From Takakia lepidozioides (lineage: Eukaryota > Plantae > Bryophyta), in assembly GCA_030704615.1 (NCBI GenBank), contig CM060733.1:61256001-61320000 (forward strand): 64,000 bases of DNA. The letters are read 5' to 3'. Each line of letters opens with the position of its first letter. The first letter of the stretch is position 1. Of this stretch, positions 37,549 to 47,848 are shown piece after piece. The translations under genes were made by a program, and so were the position numbers. Under the pieces are notes generated by a model that had not been told where the DNA came from, did no database searches, and saw nothing but the letters and a program-made list of their open reading frames with translations.

Positions 37549-40524
37549 CTATCCCAAGCAGTGTGGACACAACCAATCTCCGTCAGGAACCTTCTCAAGA
37601 GGTGGTGTCAAGCATCCCATATGCCAACCCCTTGAGCACCGATCACACACCAGCATGGTGGCTGCCCCTTTGGCAGACCCACAGAGCATGCACCTCAAAC
37701 CTGCAGGTACCACTGCCAAGTTTGGGTCAACTCTGCCATCGACATTGGGAAGGTGACATGGCGCACAATTACGCACATGGTCTTTCCAAGTCATGCCATC
37801 CCGACCCTCTAAGATCAGGACCCCTGAGGGCAACACCTCTCGAACCCTCAGAATAACACGCCCTGCAGTAACATCCAGAGTCGTAGGAGCAGTCTGCTGC
37901 AAATAAACATAGTCACCAGGGCTAAACCTCCGAACCCCAGGACGATATCCTCCACCACGTATAGTGGCATACCTCAACGTATCACGGTGCTGTGCAATGG
38001 CAAGGTTCTCAAAAGCCATGGGCATGACTTTCTTGAACAACTCTGCACGCTGATCACATGCACGTACCCACACGTCCGGATCGTCAAGGTTAAGGACTTG
38101 AGCAGTGTCCCTACGAATGGCTGCAGGCAAATCCGGCTCTCGGCCAAAGAGAAGGAAATATGGTGAGAAGGAGGCAAGTGATGCTTGTTTGCTGAACCTG
38201 TAGCCCATGGCTAACCAAGGAACCTGAAGATCCCAATCTCCTAGGTGTCCCTTCTGCAAGCCATACTTGCGCAAACCCCTCTTCACCGTCTGAACAACTC
38301 TCTCTGCTAAGCCATCGGCCTCAGGATGATCCCGAGAAGTGGTGCGGTGGTCTATCAAGGCTTTATCACACAAAGCCTGAAACTCCCCCAAGAACTCTCT
38401 CCCTTGGTCCGTGAGTACCTCAGCTGGAGCACCAAATCGGCTAAGCACACGATCCAAGAATGCATACGCAGCCCCCTCACTAGCCTTGTCAGGCAATGGA
38501 ACCAACTCAATCCACTTGGAGAAGTGCTCCACCATCACCAACACATATCTGTGGTGGCGCATAGTCAGTGGCAACGGTCCTGCGAAGTCAAGACTCCATC
38601 TGTAGCCCAATCCCATGATAGGTAAAGGATGCAACTGTGGTGTAGGGGCGTTGAATGAAGCACGCACCCTGTCACACACCATGCACCTAGCCACAAACTG
38701 TTGCACCTCTGTATGCATACCACGCCACCAATACTGCCCCTGCAGTAAACTGTGAGTGCGTCGCACTCCAAAATGCCCCAACTCCTCATGGGCATGCCGC
38801 ACTAACCGTGCACGCTGTGTGGGGTGAGGCACAATCCTCACCCGACCATCCTCCCACACTCGAAGTAGGTGTATCCCCTCCCACTTGAACCTCTTGGCTC
38901 GTTGCAGGATCCGATCCCTCTCCCTGGCAGTCACAATGGCTGCCGTGTCTCCCGTGCGGAGGTAGTCCAACACAGCCGAATCCTCATGTATATCTCTGGC
39001 ACCACCTAGCTCATCACTAGCCTCAGGGTCCTCAGACACTCCGTCTACAGTCATCCCTGTTGTAGGTCCAATCTGACCTCCCGATGCCAAGATACACAAA
39101 AATGCAGATGCGTGCCATCCCGGCACCATCTCCTCGTCCGTCTCACCATGCCACCGAGCTCCAGTGTCATCCTGCTGGCTCATGCATGGATTGCGACTCA
39201 ATCCATCCGCATCCCGATTGACCAAACCCGGTCGATGCACAACCTGAAAGTCATACTCCTGGAGTATAAGTGCCCACCGTGCAAGCTTCCCCGTAAGCTT
39301 GTCTGACTCCATCAACCACTTGAGTGGCTGGTGATCCGTGACAAGGGTGAAAAGATTGCCGTATAGATAGCACCTGAAGTGTGCCACGGCCCACACTGCA
39401 GCTAAGCACTCTCCCTCATATGAGCTGTACTTAGCCTCTGCAGCGTTGTTCGAGCGGCTAGGGTAAGCCACTACGAACTCTCTTCCCTCATCATCCACCT
39501 GTGTGAGCACCGCTCCAAGCCCCAGCATGCTCCAATCCGTATGCAGCTGAAAGGGACGCCCCCTGATAGGTCGTCTCAAGATAGGCGCCGAGGTCAACCT
39601 CGCCTTGAGCTCTTGAAAAGCTCGTTCCTGCTCATCTTCCCACTGCCACTCCTGGTCCACCTTGGTCAGCTTGGTTAGAGCCTTTGCAATGGTACTAAAT
39701 CCCTTGACAAACCGTCTATAATAGTTTGCCAACCCCATGAAAGCTCGAACTCGGCTCACATCCGTGGGGCGTGGAATTTGTGCAATGGCCTCTATCTTAG
39801 TTTGTTGTACCCCCAATCCTCCAGGATATATCATGTGACCCAGATACTCAATCTGGTTGTGGAAAAACTTGCACTTCCCCGGATGCAACTTCAATCCGTG
39901 CGCTCTCAAGCGCTCCAATACCACCTGAAGGTGTCTCTCATGCTCCTCCATCGTAACACTAAAGATGATGATGTCATCTATGTAGCACCGAGCAAAGTCC
40001 ACCCCTGCTAGAATCCTATCCATGACTCTCTGAAACTCTGCAGGAGCATTCTTAAGCCCAAATGGTAAGAACCGCCACTGATATAGGCAATCCTTGCCAT
40101 GCTCATTGATCCCCCAGAATGTCGTCTTCTGCTTGTCCGCCTCCTTGATTGGCAACTGGTGATATCCGGATCGTAAATCCAAAGTGCTAAAGGCCTTAGC
40201 ATGCCCGATGGCATCAAAGATCTCCTCTGGTGTTGGCATGGCATACTTATCGGACTTGGTCTGACGATTTACAGGCCGGTAATCACCGCACATACGTCTC
40301 TCCGTCCAATTGCCATAGACATCCTTCTTGGCTGGCATCACTGTGGCTGAAGCATACTCTCCACCAGAGAGCTCCACCAAACCTGCCTCCCAGAGATCTT
40401 GAGTCCTCATCTGAATCAAAGACCTCTCCATGTCACTGTATCTATAGGGTCTCCGAAAGATTGGCGTGTCAGTGGCCAACTCAATACGGATCTCTTGACC
40501 CTTCAGTGCTCCCAAGTCCTTCAA
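37549..40524 (-). CDS. RT - RNase H - integrase - PHD finger (991 uninterrupted codons)
   Basis: LDLRSGYHQ, PFGLKNAP, YIDD; LHTDWS, SSYEGECLA, TDHQPL; H..H..C..C, SLDFAG, TDQGREF, DGLAER; C4HC3 PHD CMLC..CDRC...WHMGC..WLCPHC. Confidence 0.96.
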   Translation of the reverse strand: MKDLGALKGQEIRIELATDTPIFRRPYRYSDMERSLIQMRTQDLWEAGLVELSGGEYASATVMPAKKDVYGNWTERRMCGDYRPVNRQTKSDKYAMPTPEEIFDAIGHAKAFSTLDLRSGYHQLPIKEADKQKTTFWGINEHGKDCLYQWRFLPFGLKNAPAEFQRVMDRILAGVDFARCYIDDIIIFSVTMEEHERHLQVVLERLRAHGLKLHPGKCKFFHNQIEYLGHMIYPGGLGVQQTKIEAIAQIPRPTDVSRVRAFMGLANYYRRFVKGFSTIAKALTKLTKVDQEWQWEDEQERAFQELKARLTSAPILRRPIRGRPFQLHTDWSMLGLGAVLTQVDDEGREFVVAYPSRSNNAAEAKYSSYEGECLAAVWAVAHFRCYLYGNLFTLVTDHQPLKWLMESDKLTGKLARWALILQEYDFQVVHRPGLVNRDADGLSRNPCMSQQDDTGARWHGETDEEMVPGWHASAFLCILASGGQIGPTTGMTVDGVSEDPEASDELGGARDIHEDSAVLDYLRTGDTAAIVTARERDRILQRAKRFKWEGIHLLRVWEDGRVRIVPHPTQRARLVRHAHEELGHFGVRRTHSLLQGQYWWRGMHTEVQQFVARCMVCDRVRASFNAPTPQLHPLPIMGLGYRWSLDFAGPLPLTMRHHRYVLVMVEHFSKWIELVPLPDKASEGAAYAFLDRVLSRFGAPAEVLTDQGREFLGEFQALCDKALIDHRTTSRDHPEADGLAERVVQTVKRGLRKYGLQKGHLGDWDLQVPWLAMGYRFSKQASLASFSPYFLLFGREPDLPAAIRRDTAQVLNLDDPDVWVRACDQRAELFKKVMPMAFENLAIAQHRDTLRYATIRGGGYRPGVRRFSPGDYVYLQQTAPTTLDVTAGRVILRVREVLPSGVLILEGRDGMTWKDHVRNCAPCHLPNVDGRVDPNLAVVPAGLRCMLCGSAKGAATMLVCDRCSRGWHMGCLTPPLEKVPDGDWLCPHCLG

Positions 40525-40989
40525 ACTGAAGGCAAAGCAATTCTGTAAGCCCTCAGGAACCGCCGTATACGTCGTCTCTCTCCTCCGGTGACAATGGGTC
40601 CAATGTCAGGCTCCCAATTGTCCTCCGTAACTACAACCTTAAGTCCAGTGGGCTTAGAGGTAGAGGACGCGTCCCGTGGTTGCTATGCTGCAACCTCTTG
40701 AGCAGTACTCCCTACCTGCTCAGTCAATGACAAGGCCTCATCCTGCCCCATCATCTCATCCTTGAGGACCTCCTCAACCCGAGAAGAATCCCCAACCTCA
40801 TCCATCACAGCCGCCTTGGCTGCCAACTCCCTCTGAACCTCAAGCACCTCCCACGTGTGCCATGGATGCATGCACCCCGTGGTCTTCATATGCTCGCCCC
40901 CACTCACTGCCTGTACCGTCTCGGTAGGCAGAGAGACCATTGAGGGAAGTGTATTCCGCACTCTGCGTTGCTCAGCTAGAGCCAAGCTG

Positions 40990-41930
40990 ATAATCCAGGT
41001 CAAGCAATTGAGATCCATTGCTTGCCCCAACACTTGACGACGTGATGCCTCAGAAAGAGACGACACCGCCGTGATACCAGTGGTAAAACCCATTGCCCGC
41101 TCACGCTCGTCAGCATTAGGCTCCACTAACTGCTGCAACTAAGCATCCCACAGGAGGCCAGGTCCACTATCCCGGAAAGCATGCGATCCTGGGAAGCTGA
41201 GCAGTGTAGGTAATGCTGCTCGTGGTTGACCCACCTTGTTGACCACTGCCAAAGGCGAACGGTCATCGTGTCTCACACGTTGAGACTACCTCCCTGTGTC
41301 CAGAATGTTATCCACTGTGAGATGTGCTGGCCGCTGCACCCCATCAAATGCACGCTTGAGCAGTGCGGGTGGCATCATGTTAGTCCACCATAGCCGTGGA
41401 CGATGAGCCCGTGACCCCACTGTAGCTGCATCTAGCAACACTGCTGACCCAAGCCACGACCGGACTTGATGCACACTGGCCATCACCCTGGCCCGAGAAT
41501 CGCCCATCAGTGGCACATTCTCCAAGATGTATGCTGGAGATACAGCTTGATGAAGCTGCAAGTGGCGCAAAACCCGCACCATCTCCCAAAACAGACCCGA
41601 CCTCGAGTCTCGCAATCCATTGCCATGCCCGGCTGATGAATGCCCTTGGCAGGGCCAACCTGCCACTACCAGATCAATGGAGCCAACCCGCTCCAAATCC
41701 TGCGCCCCCAGCAACGAAATGTCTGCTGGCAAGGCCTGCTCATATCCACGAATTGCAGACACCGACAACAACTCAGGGTACCGCTGCACCAACTGAGCAA
41801 CATGGCGAAGTGAAATGCGTCGTGCAGTCTCATCCCTCTCCACATACAGGTAACGCCGAACTCGTACACTTGCCTGTAACACAGCAGCCAATCCGGTGCT
41901 GATCCCGCCAAACAAGTCCAGAAGACAAAT
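40990..41930 (-). pseudogene. DNMT3-like C5 cytosine DNA methyltransferase domain within pol (in-frame TAGs at 41286 and 41139)
   Basis: Motif I LDLFGGISTG, II YVERD, III ADI, IV VAGWPCQGHS, VI YILENV, VIII RAHRPRLWWTN, IX ERAMGF..T, X RRQVLGQAMD, all in one frame and canonical order. Confidence 0.93.
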
Positions 41931-42299
41931 GCCTTCATCCGGAGACTGCCACACAATAGGTGTGGTGTCCAATGGAGACAATTGAGGTGGTCCTGGTGCA
42001 ATCCCCACACTCTCCTCCTCTCCTGACGGTACAAAAGCCTCCACCCAGGCTTGTTGCACCCGTCGATCAGCATCCCGCTGCAAATCCTTGCTCGTACCCC
42101 ACAATGGAGTCTGAGCAACCATGGTAGGCAACTCCGCCATACCATACATGTCATCCTGCTCTCCCGGAGGTGGTACATCCTCTGAATGAGCATTGCCCTC
42201 AAGCAACTCTCTAGGCCAACTCACTACCGCTGTGAATGCTGCTAGTGTCGGCATCTTGCCTCGCTGGGCAACCGCAACTCCTCCTATGAACGTCACAGG

Positions 42300-42505
42300 G
42301 AGCTGCACACGCCGGCCCTCCCCCGACTGCCATGCAGGCCTATAGGAAGCTGACTCCTCCCAAAAATCCAGGGTGAAGCCCATGGGGTACAACACTGCCC
42401 CACCAACCAGGACATCGTATGAGACTGCGTCTGTCACAATGGCCTTGGCTCGCATCACTGAGCCATCTGTAGGGTGATCCGGCCGTAGTCTGATAGCCAA
42501 CTCAT
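42300..42505 (-). pseudogene. C-terminal half of retropepsin protease
   Basis: AIVTDAVSYDVLVGGAVLYPMGFTLDF, in frame with the DNMT; no D-S/T-G motif or gag recognisable upstream. Confidence 0.6.
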
Positions 42506-43922
42506 GCCATTTCTCCAAGGGGTTTAGCCATGCCAAGCTAGGGTTTGTGTCTCTTGGACTCTAGGCTTCTTTCCACCGAGCTATGGTGGCTGTGAGGAAA
42601 TCAGCAAGGTATGCTCTTTCGGCTCCCACACACCACCATAGTAGCCCTAAGCCATGAGGTGGTTGCCACAAACCAAGCCTTCTTTCTCACTTAGCCTCTC
42701 CAAACACGCCACTAAACTCAATGGCAAACAACCAAGCCCTGCTGGTTCCCAACCCTTGTGAGCACTCATTCAAGCACTCTCATTGGCCATAGCATCTGTC
42801 TTAGAGCCTATTCCAGCCCTCTACACCTGTTGCTTCCAGAGTTGCGCTCCCTTCAAGCTTGAAGTTGAAACCCCAACTCACATAGGCCCTACAAGTGCTG
42901 TTCTTTCACTCCAAGTGGAAACCCGCCCTAGACCTTCCGTTCTAGCTCTCTAAAGCTTGAAAACAAGAGCCTCAATGGGCTGAAGGCATGCTCCACACAT
43001 GCCCCACTCTCACCATAAGAGAATCAGCTCCTTTGCTTCATTTCTTGCACCCACAAACCTGAAAGTGCAAGCCTTCATCAGGCTGATAGCATGCTCCACA
43101 CATGCATTGCCCTCACATAAGGGAAGTCAGCCCTTCCCTCTTCCTTGCTTGCCCTCCAAGCTTGAAGATGGAAGCTTCAATGAGCCGAATACATGCTCCA
43201 CACATGCAACCTCTTCACACAAGAGATATCAGCCCCCTATCTTGGCTCCTTGGCTCCTTGATGCTCTCTAAGACAAGACTAAGCACTCCATAGCCTTTGC
43301 CAAGCTCCTGAAACCCTAAGGCTTACATTTCCAGCCACAAGACACTTCTCTTGTGGTGCAAGAGCTCTTCTTCCAAGCTCTGAAACCCTAGGTGCACATT
43401 CCATGGCCTTGCCGCACCTCTTAGCTCCTGTTCCAGCCCTGCTCTTGCCATGACAAGAGCCCTCTCAATGCTGAAGCTTGAGATTCAAACCCAATCTCAC
43501 CATACTCCACAAAGTGCACTGATTTGCCCCAAGCCAAATCAGCCTTTTCGCTTGGTCTTGCAATCCTTCACACAATGAAAGCTCGCATTCCCAAGTCCAG
43601 TTCTCAGCTTTGCCACCAAAGCCACTATAACCTGCTCTTGACTGGTCCTCTTCCCAATCGTGCTTGCTCATGCATGTACACAATCTGAAACCATCAAGGT
43701 GCTCTGGAATTACCTGCAGTATGGTGCTTTCATCTCTGAAGCTGAAGATCGAATGCCAAGGTTTACCACCTCGTAACCCACATCGCCTCCGCTTCTAACA
43801 ACCAAGAGCTCCACGGTGCTCCTTGCATAACAACTTGGTTTCCCTCATTCTCAAGCAAAAACCACAAGTGCTACAACTAACTCGTATCTAGCACTCATAG
43901 ATACGAGCTGATCTTTCTCGAG

Positions 43923-44249
43923 TGATAAAGAAGAAGAATACAAGCTCAAGCTCATGCGAGCTCACAAAGCTGAAGCATAAACTCATGCATATATAACCTC
44001 ATCACTCAAATACAAGTCAAGCCAAGTGCACCCCACGCCATGGGGAATCCACACTACGGCGCCATAGCTAGGCGCGGTGAGGCTCAACTCGAGAAAGATG
44101 AGCCTCCCGCGCTTGCCGTGAAGATAACCACTCCAGGGCCTAAATCTGCCTTGACCCCCGGATTGACACTTGGGCCAATCCCAAATATCAATATGTAAAA
44201 GCTAGCTATTTCCTAGCTAGTTTCACACTAGTGGTAAAATAACTTGACA
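43923..44249 (-). repeat. 5' terminal repeat B (327 bp)
   Basis: Matches 36772-37098 with about 3 substitutions by eye. Confidence 0.95.
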
Positions 44250-45173
44250 ACTAGGACTAAGGTTCTTCCGAACAATCGACCCATTGAGGATCATCACTTT
44301 GCGAGGTACTGGTCTGAAGCAAGTACCATGTTGAAGGAATTAATTGTCTTCCAAGTTGTACATGGGTACATTATACCAAGACCAAGGAGGTAGCAAGTAT
44401 TGTCATGGGCTGTGGATTATACTATGCTGCTTGTTTTCTGGCACGTTATCATATTGAGCAACAGAGGATGCAATCGCGATTTCTGAGTTATTCCAGTGGG
44501 GATCATTGGGTCTTACCTTCAGTGCCACATCATATGTACCTATATGAAGCAAAAATTATGATGCAAAAGGATTCCCAACTTCGTTCATGGTTTCATTCGG
44601 CCTGGAACAATTTGACAACATAGAAATTCGGCCCTGACGATATTTTCTTTAAGGGACATGAGGCATGGAAATACTTGCACTGTTCCCAAGTCATTGGCAC
44701 ACCACTCACCTTTACGGACAAGAAGTTCAGGGTGTTCACCAATTTTGCCATCAAGCGCTTACAGCAAATGGTACAGTTTAAACTTCCAGACATGGTGGGA
44801 CCACATTGTATGCCCCACAGGATTCCAGTTAGAGTTCGACCGTTAAAACACCTCAGGGGGGACGAGGATTCTGATACTACTGTTTCTTCAGCGGACTCTT
44901 TTGACATGGCAGAAGACTATGCACTTCAGATGGCAGAAAAGAAACGACGGGGATCTCCTATGCCTGAGAGGTTACCTCGATATCAGCCAAAGGAGGGTCA
45001 GACATTTCCGGGTAGTGCTCCATCATCTCCGTCAACCAGTGATAAGACTCTGGCTCGCACACGGAGTCCTTCACGAGACTCTCACCGTCAGAAGGGTTGT
45101 TCGATCACAAAGGTTTGCTAATCCTAAACAGTAAACCATGAGGACATGACTTTTTGAGAGATGGAGGGGTAAA

Positions 45174-46224
45174 TGTTAGAGGGCTGCTTGGGACTTTAAC
45201 GCTTTTACGGGTTCTGTGGGGTTCCCTTAATTTTTACACAAACTGAGACCAACAGGAGCCTTAGGGGTGACAGCAGCAGGCTTTAGGGAGGGGGTTACAC
45301 AGCCCGTCACAGCAGGTCACAGCCAACACAGCCCAACACAGCCAGTCACAGTCAGTCACAGCCCGACACAGCCCGTCACAGCTAGTCACAGCCAACACAG
45401 CCCAACACAACCAGTCACAGTCAGTCACAGCCAGTCACAGCCAACACAGCCCGTCACAATCAGTCACAGCCGACACAGCCCGACACAGCCGCCACAGCTT
45501 TGCACAGCCTGACACAGCCCGACACAGCCCGTCACAGCTTCACACAGCCCAACGCAGTTTTGCACAGTTGTCACAGTACAGGGGGAACGGTTAACATGGA
45601 CAGGGAACGACTGTGTGGGAATGACATTTGGAGAGGGAATATGTTACTTCAAGGGTGACGGTTAGTTAGCAAGGCGGTTAGAACAGCTTGTAGGTAGATA
45701 AAACCAAGAGCGGGGACTTTTTGGGGGATCACTTCTTGGATCACTTCTTAGACATTAGGGGAGAAGGTCAGACGGAGGACACGATCTTGGAGCTCAGGGA
45801 TGATGATTACACAGAAGAGGAGATGATGACTTGATGGGGGTTTATTTCATATAGAGCTGTAGTGATACTATAGGGCGGATTAGAGTCACCTTGACATTGG
45901 CCTAGTACCTGATAAATCGTAATCTGATACTTATTCGATACAAGCACACTGTGTAGAGAGACATGAGTGAAGCTGTGGAATGAATGCATGATTAACTGGA
46001 ACTAAGAAGATACTGAAGCAATCTGATGCTTCAATATCAAATAAGGTAAATTGATAACATGAAGGCAAGAAGGAATACAAATGGGAAGCACAACCATGAT
46101 TCACTAGCTGCAGGTCATGACTGATTGTACTGAGCGGGCTGAGTGCTTAGAGATATCCAACTCTTCTATCTTGGAGTTTCCACCTCGGATAGCGAAGGGA
46201 TGGGTGAGTAAAAGCCGCTCGACA
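45174..46224 (+). repeat. 3' LTR of the outer Gypsy (1051 bp)
   Basis: Preceded by PPT GAGAGATGGAGGGGTAAA; TG..CA; longer CACAGC array than the 5' LTR. Confidence 0.96.
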
Positions 46225-47848
46225 GCGGTCGGCAGCCCCGCAGCCGCCCGCGGTCGCCGTTGGGTCCGCCCGCCATCGGGTCCCCAGTGGGTCTGCCCGG
46301 GCTGGGTCCTGCCCAAGCTCGGTCTGCCCGCTGATGGCGCATGTCGTCCGGCAGACCACCCTAGACCGGCACAACAGACCCAGACCTACGTGGCGCGCAT
46401 CTACCCGTCCAGATCCGGTTTTATCCAAACCGTCCGGATTTAGGGCATGCCATGGCAATCGCCAATCTCCTCAGACCCCCTTTGCTCTTTTCTCTTTTCT
46501 CTATTGTCTATCGTGTGTCGTTGTTGCTTGCTGATGTTTGTTGTTTGACTTTTTAGAACCAATAGACTGGCCTGGTTGTGAAGAATCCCATTGCATGACT
46601 CCATGGACTCTTGTGGCAACGTCGGAGTCCATCGTTTCAAGCCACAACCTCATTTGTTTATATGCTTCTACTATTTTTGCTTTGTTGTTCGCCTATTCGT
46701 TTGCTAACAAGTACGACTCATTTTAGTGGACAGCAATTGAGAATCGGCCTTTCCCTTGTCACACTGTCTTATTCGAGGCTTGTCCTCCATATAGCATGTG
46801 TAAAATGGCATTGCAAAAATGGCAGAAGCATATGTGCATGGCTGGCTGTATAAAATTCAGATTTCCTCCCGAGTTCCATCTCTTGGATGTTGTTTGCAGG
46901 TGGGCCCATCAATGCAGGACCAGATGGGCATGTGTGGCGGATATTTTTGCGCACCGAACCAGTGGACCTTCCAAATGTTACCATGACAGTTCGGGGATGC
47001 ACAGACACAGCCGAGGGGACCATTGAAATGGTCAAATGGGTGGGGACACAATGCAGACATAGGGCAGACCAGATGGGCAGAGCAGGAGAAGAGAAGAGTG
47101 CACCATGCTAGTCCAGACAAGAAGATCGAACCAACAGACCAGCCTAGAGAACTCTAGGCAGACCGCAACGGCAGACCGAGGGCAGACAATCTTTGCCAGA
47201 CGAATGCGACAGACCAGTGCCACAGACTTGCACGACAGACCCTTTTGACAGACCCGTTGGCATATCGTACAACAGACCCATATGTCTGACCCGACCGACA
47301 GACCCGTTTGACAGACTCGATTGGCAGACCCGATTGGCAGGCCCGATTGGCAAGCCTGATTGTCAGACCCTCACAACAGACCGATGGCAGACCGGCATGG
47401 CGGAAGGACTTAGGGCAGACCATGGAAGACCTTGACGGCGGCCATTATTGTGCCGCTGGGACGTTTGATGTTTCAAGGCAGTCCAATGGGCCGCGGCCGC
47501 CTATACGACATGCATGGCCTCGGCGGCTGCACGCGTGCTCCTCTCACGCTTAGCAGTGAGCCGTTACGTTGGGGCAATCGCCGCTTCCTCCTCTTGCATC
47601 TTTTGCGTATCTCCACTTTGCTCCTGCACGCTGTGTTGCACTTCGCGGTTTTTGCCTCTTCGACCCGACGATTCGTTTGTACCTGCCCGCCCGCTCTTGA
47701 AAGGTCGCGTGCTCGTCGTTGCCGAAGTGCAAAGGTATCAACTTCACAAACTTCTTCACCGCGAGACCTTCATTTCTTTTTTTGCTTGCTCTTCTTCATT
47801 TGCATTCAGCAGACCGTCCCTGACACAATTCCTCTTTATGTTGCAGCC

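Larger units (their letters stand above)
36583..44249 (-). mobile_element. Ty3/Gypsy element encoding DNMT3-like methyltransferase and PHD finger, with split direct terminal repeats
   Basis: Ends TGTC...GACA; 4-bp TSD ACTA (36579-36582, 44250-44253); repeats A 36583-36770 = 37101-37288 and B 36772-37098 ~ 43923-44249. Confidence 0.95.
23620..46224 (+). mobile_element. Full-length non-chromovirus Ty3/Gypsy LTR retrotransposon (Tat/Ogre/Athila-like layout) with two nested insertions
   Basis: Paired TG..CA LTRs, 5-bp TSD GCGGT (23615-23619, 46225-46229), PBS, PPT, gag-PR-RT-RH-INT order, no chromodomain. Confidence 0.96.

Noticed and set aside
40990-41930. Bacterial restriction-modification methylase or contamination
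   Set aside because: It is in frame with retroelement pol, inside TSD-flanked termini, and has DNMT3-like motifs.
36583-44249. DIRS/Ngaro tyrosine-recombinase element
   Set aside because: No YR motif seen; it has an HHCC/DDE integrase, Gypsy-type RT, a PPT and a 4-bp TSD.
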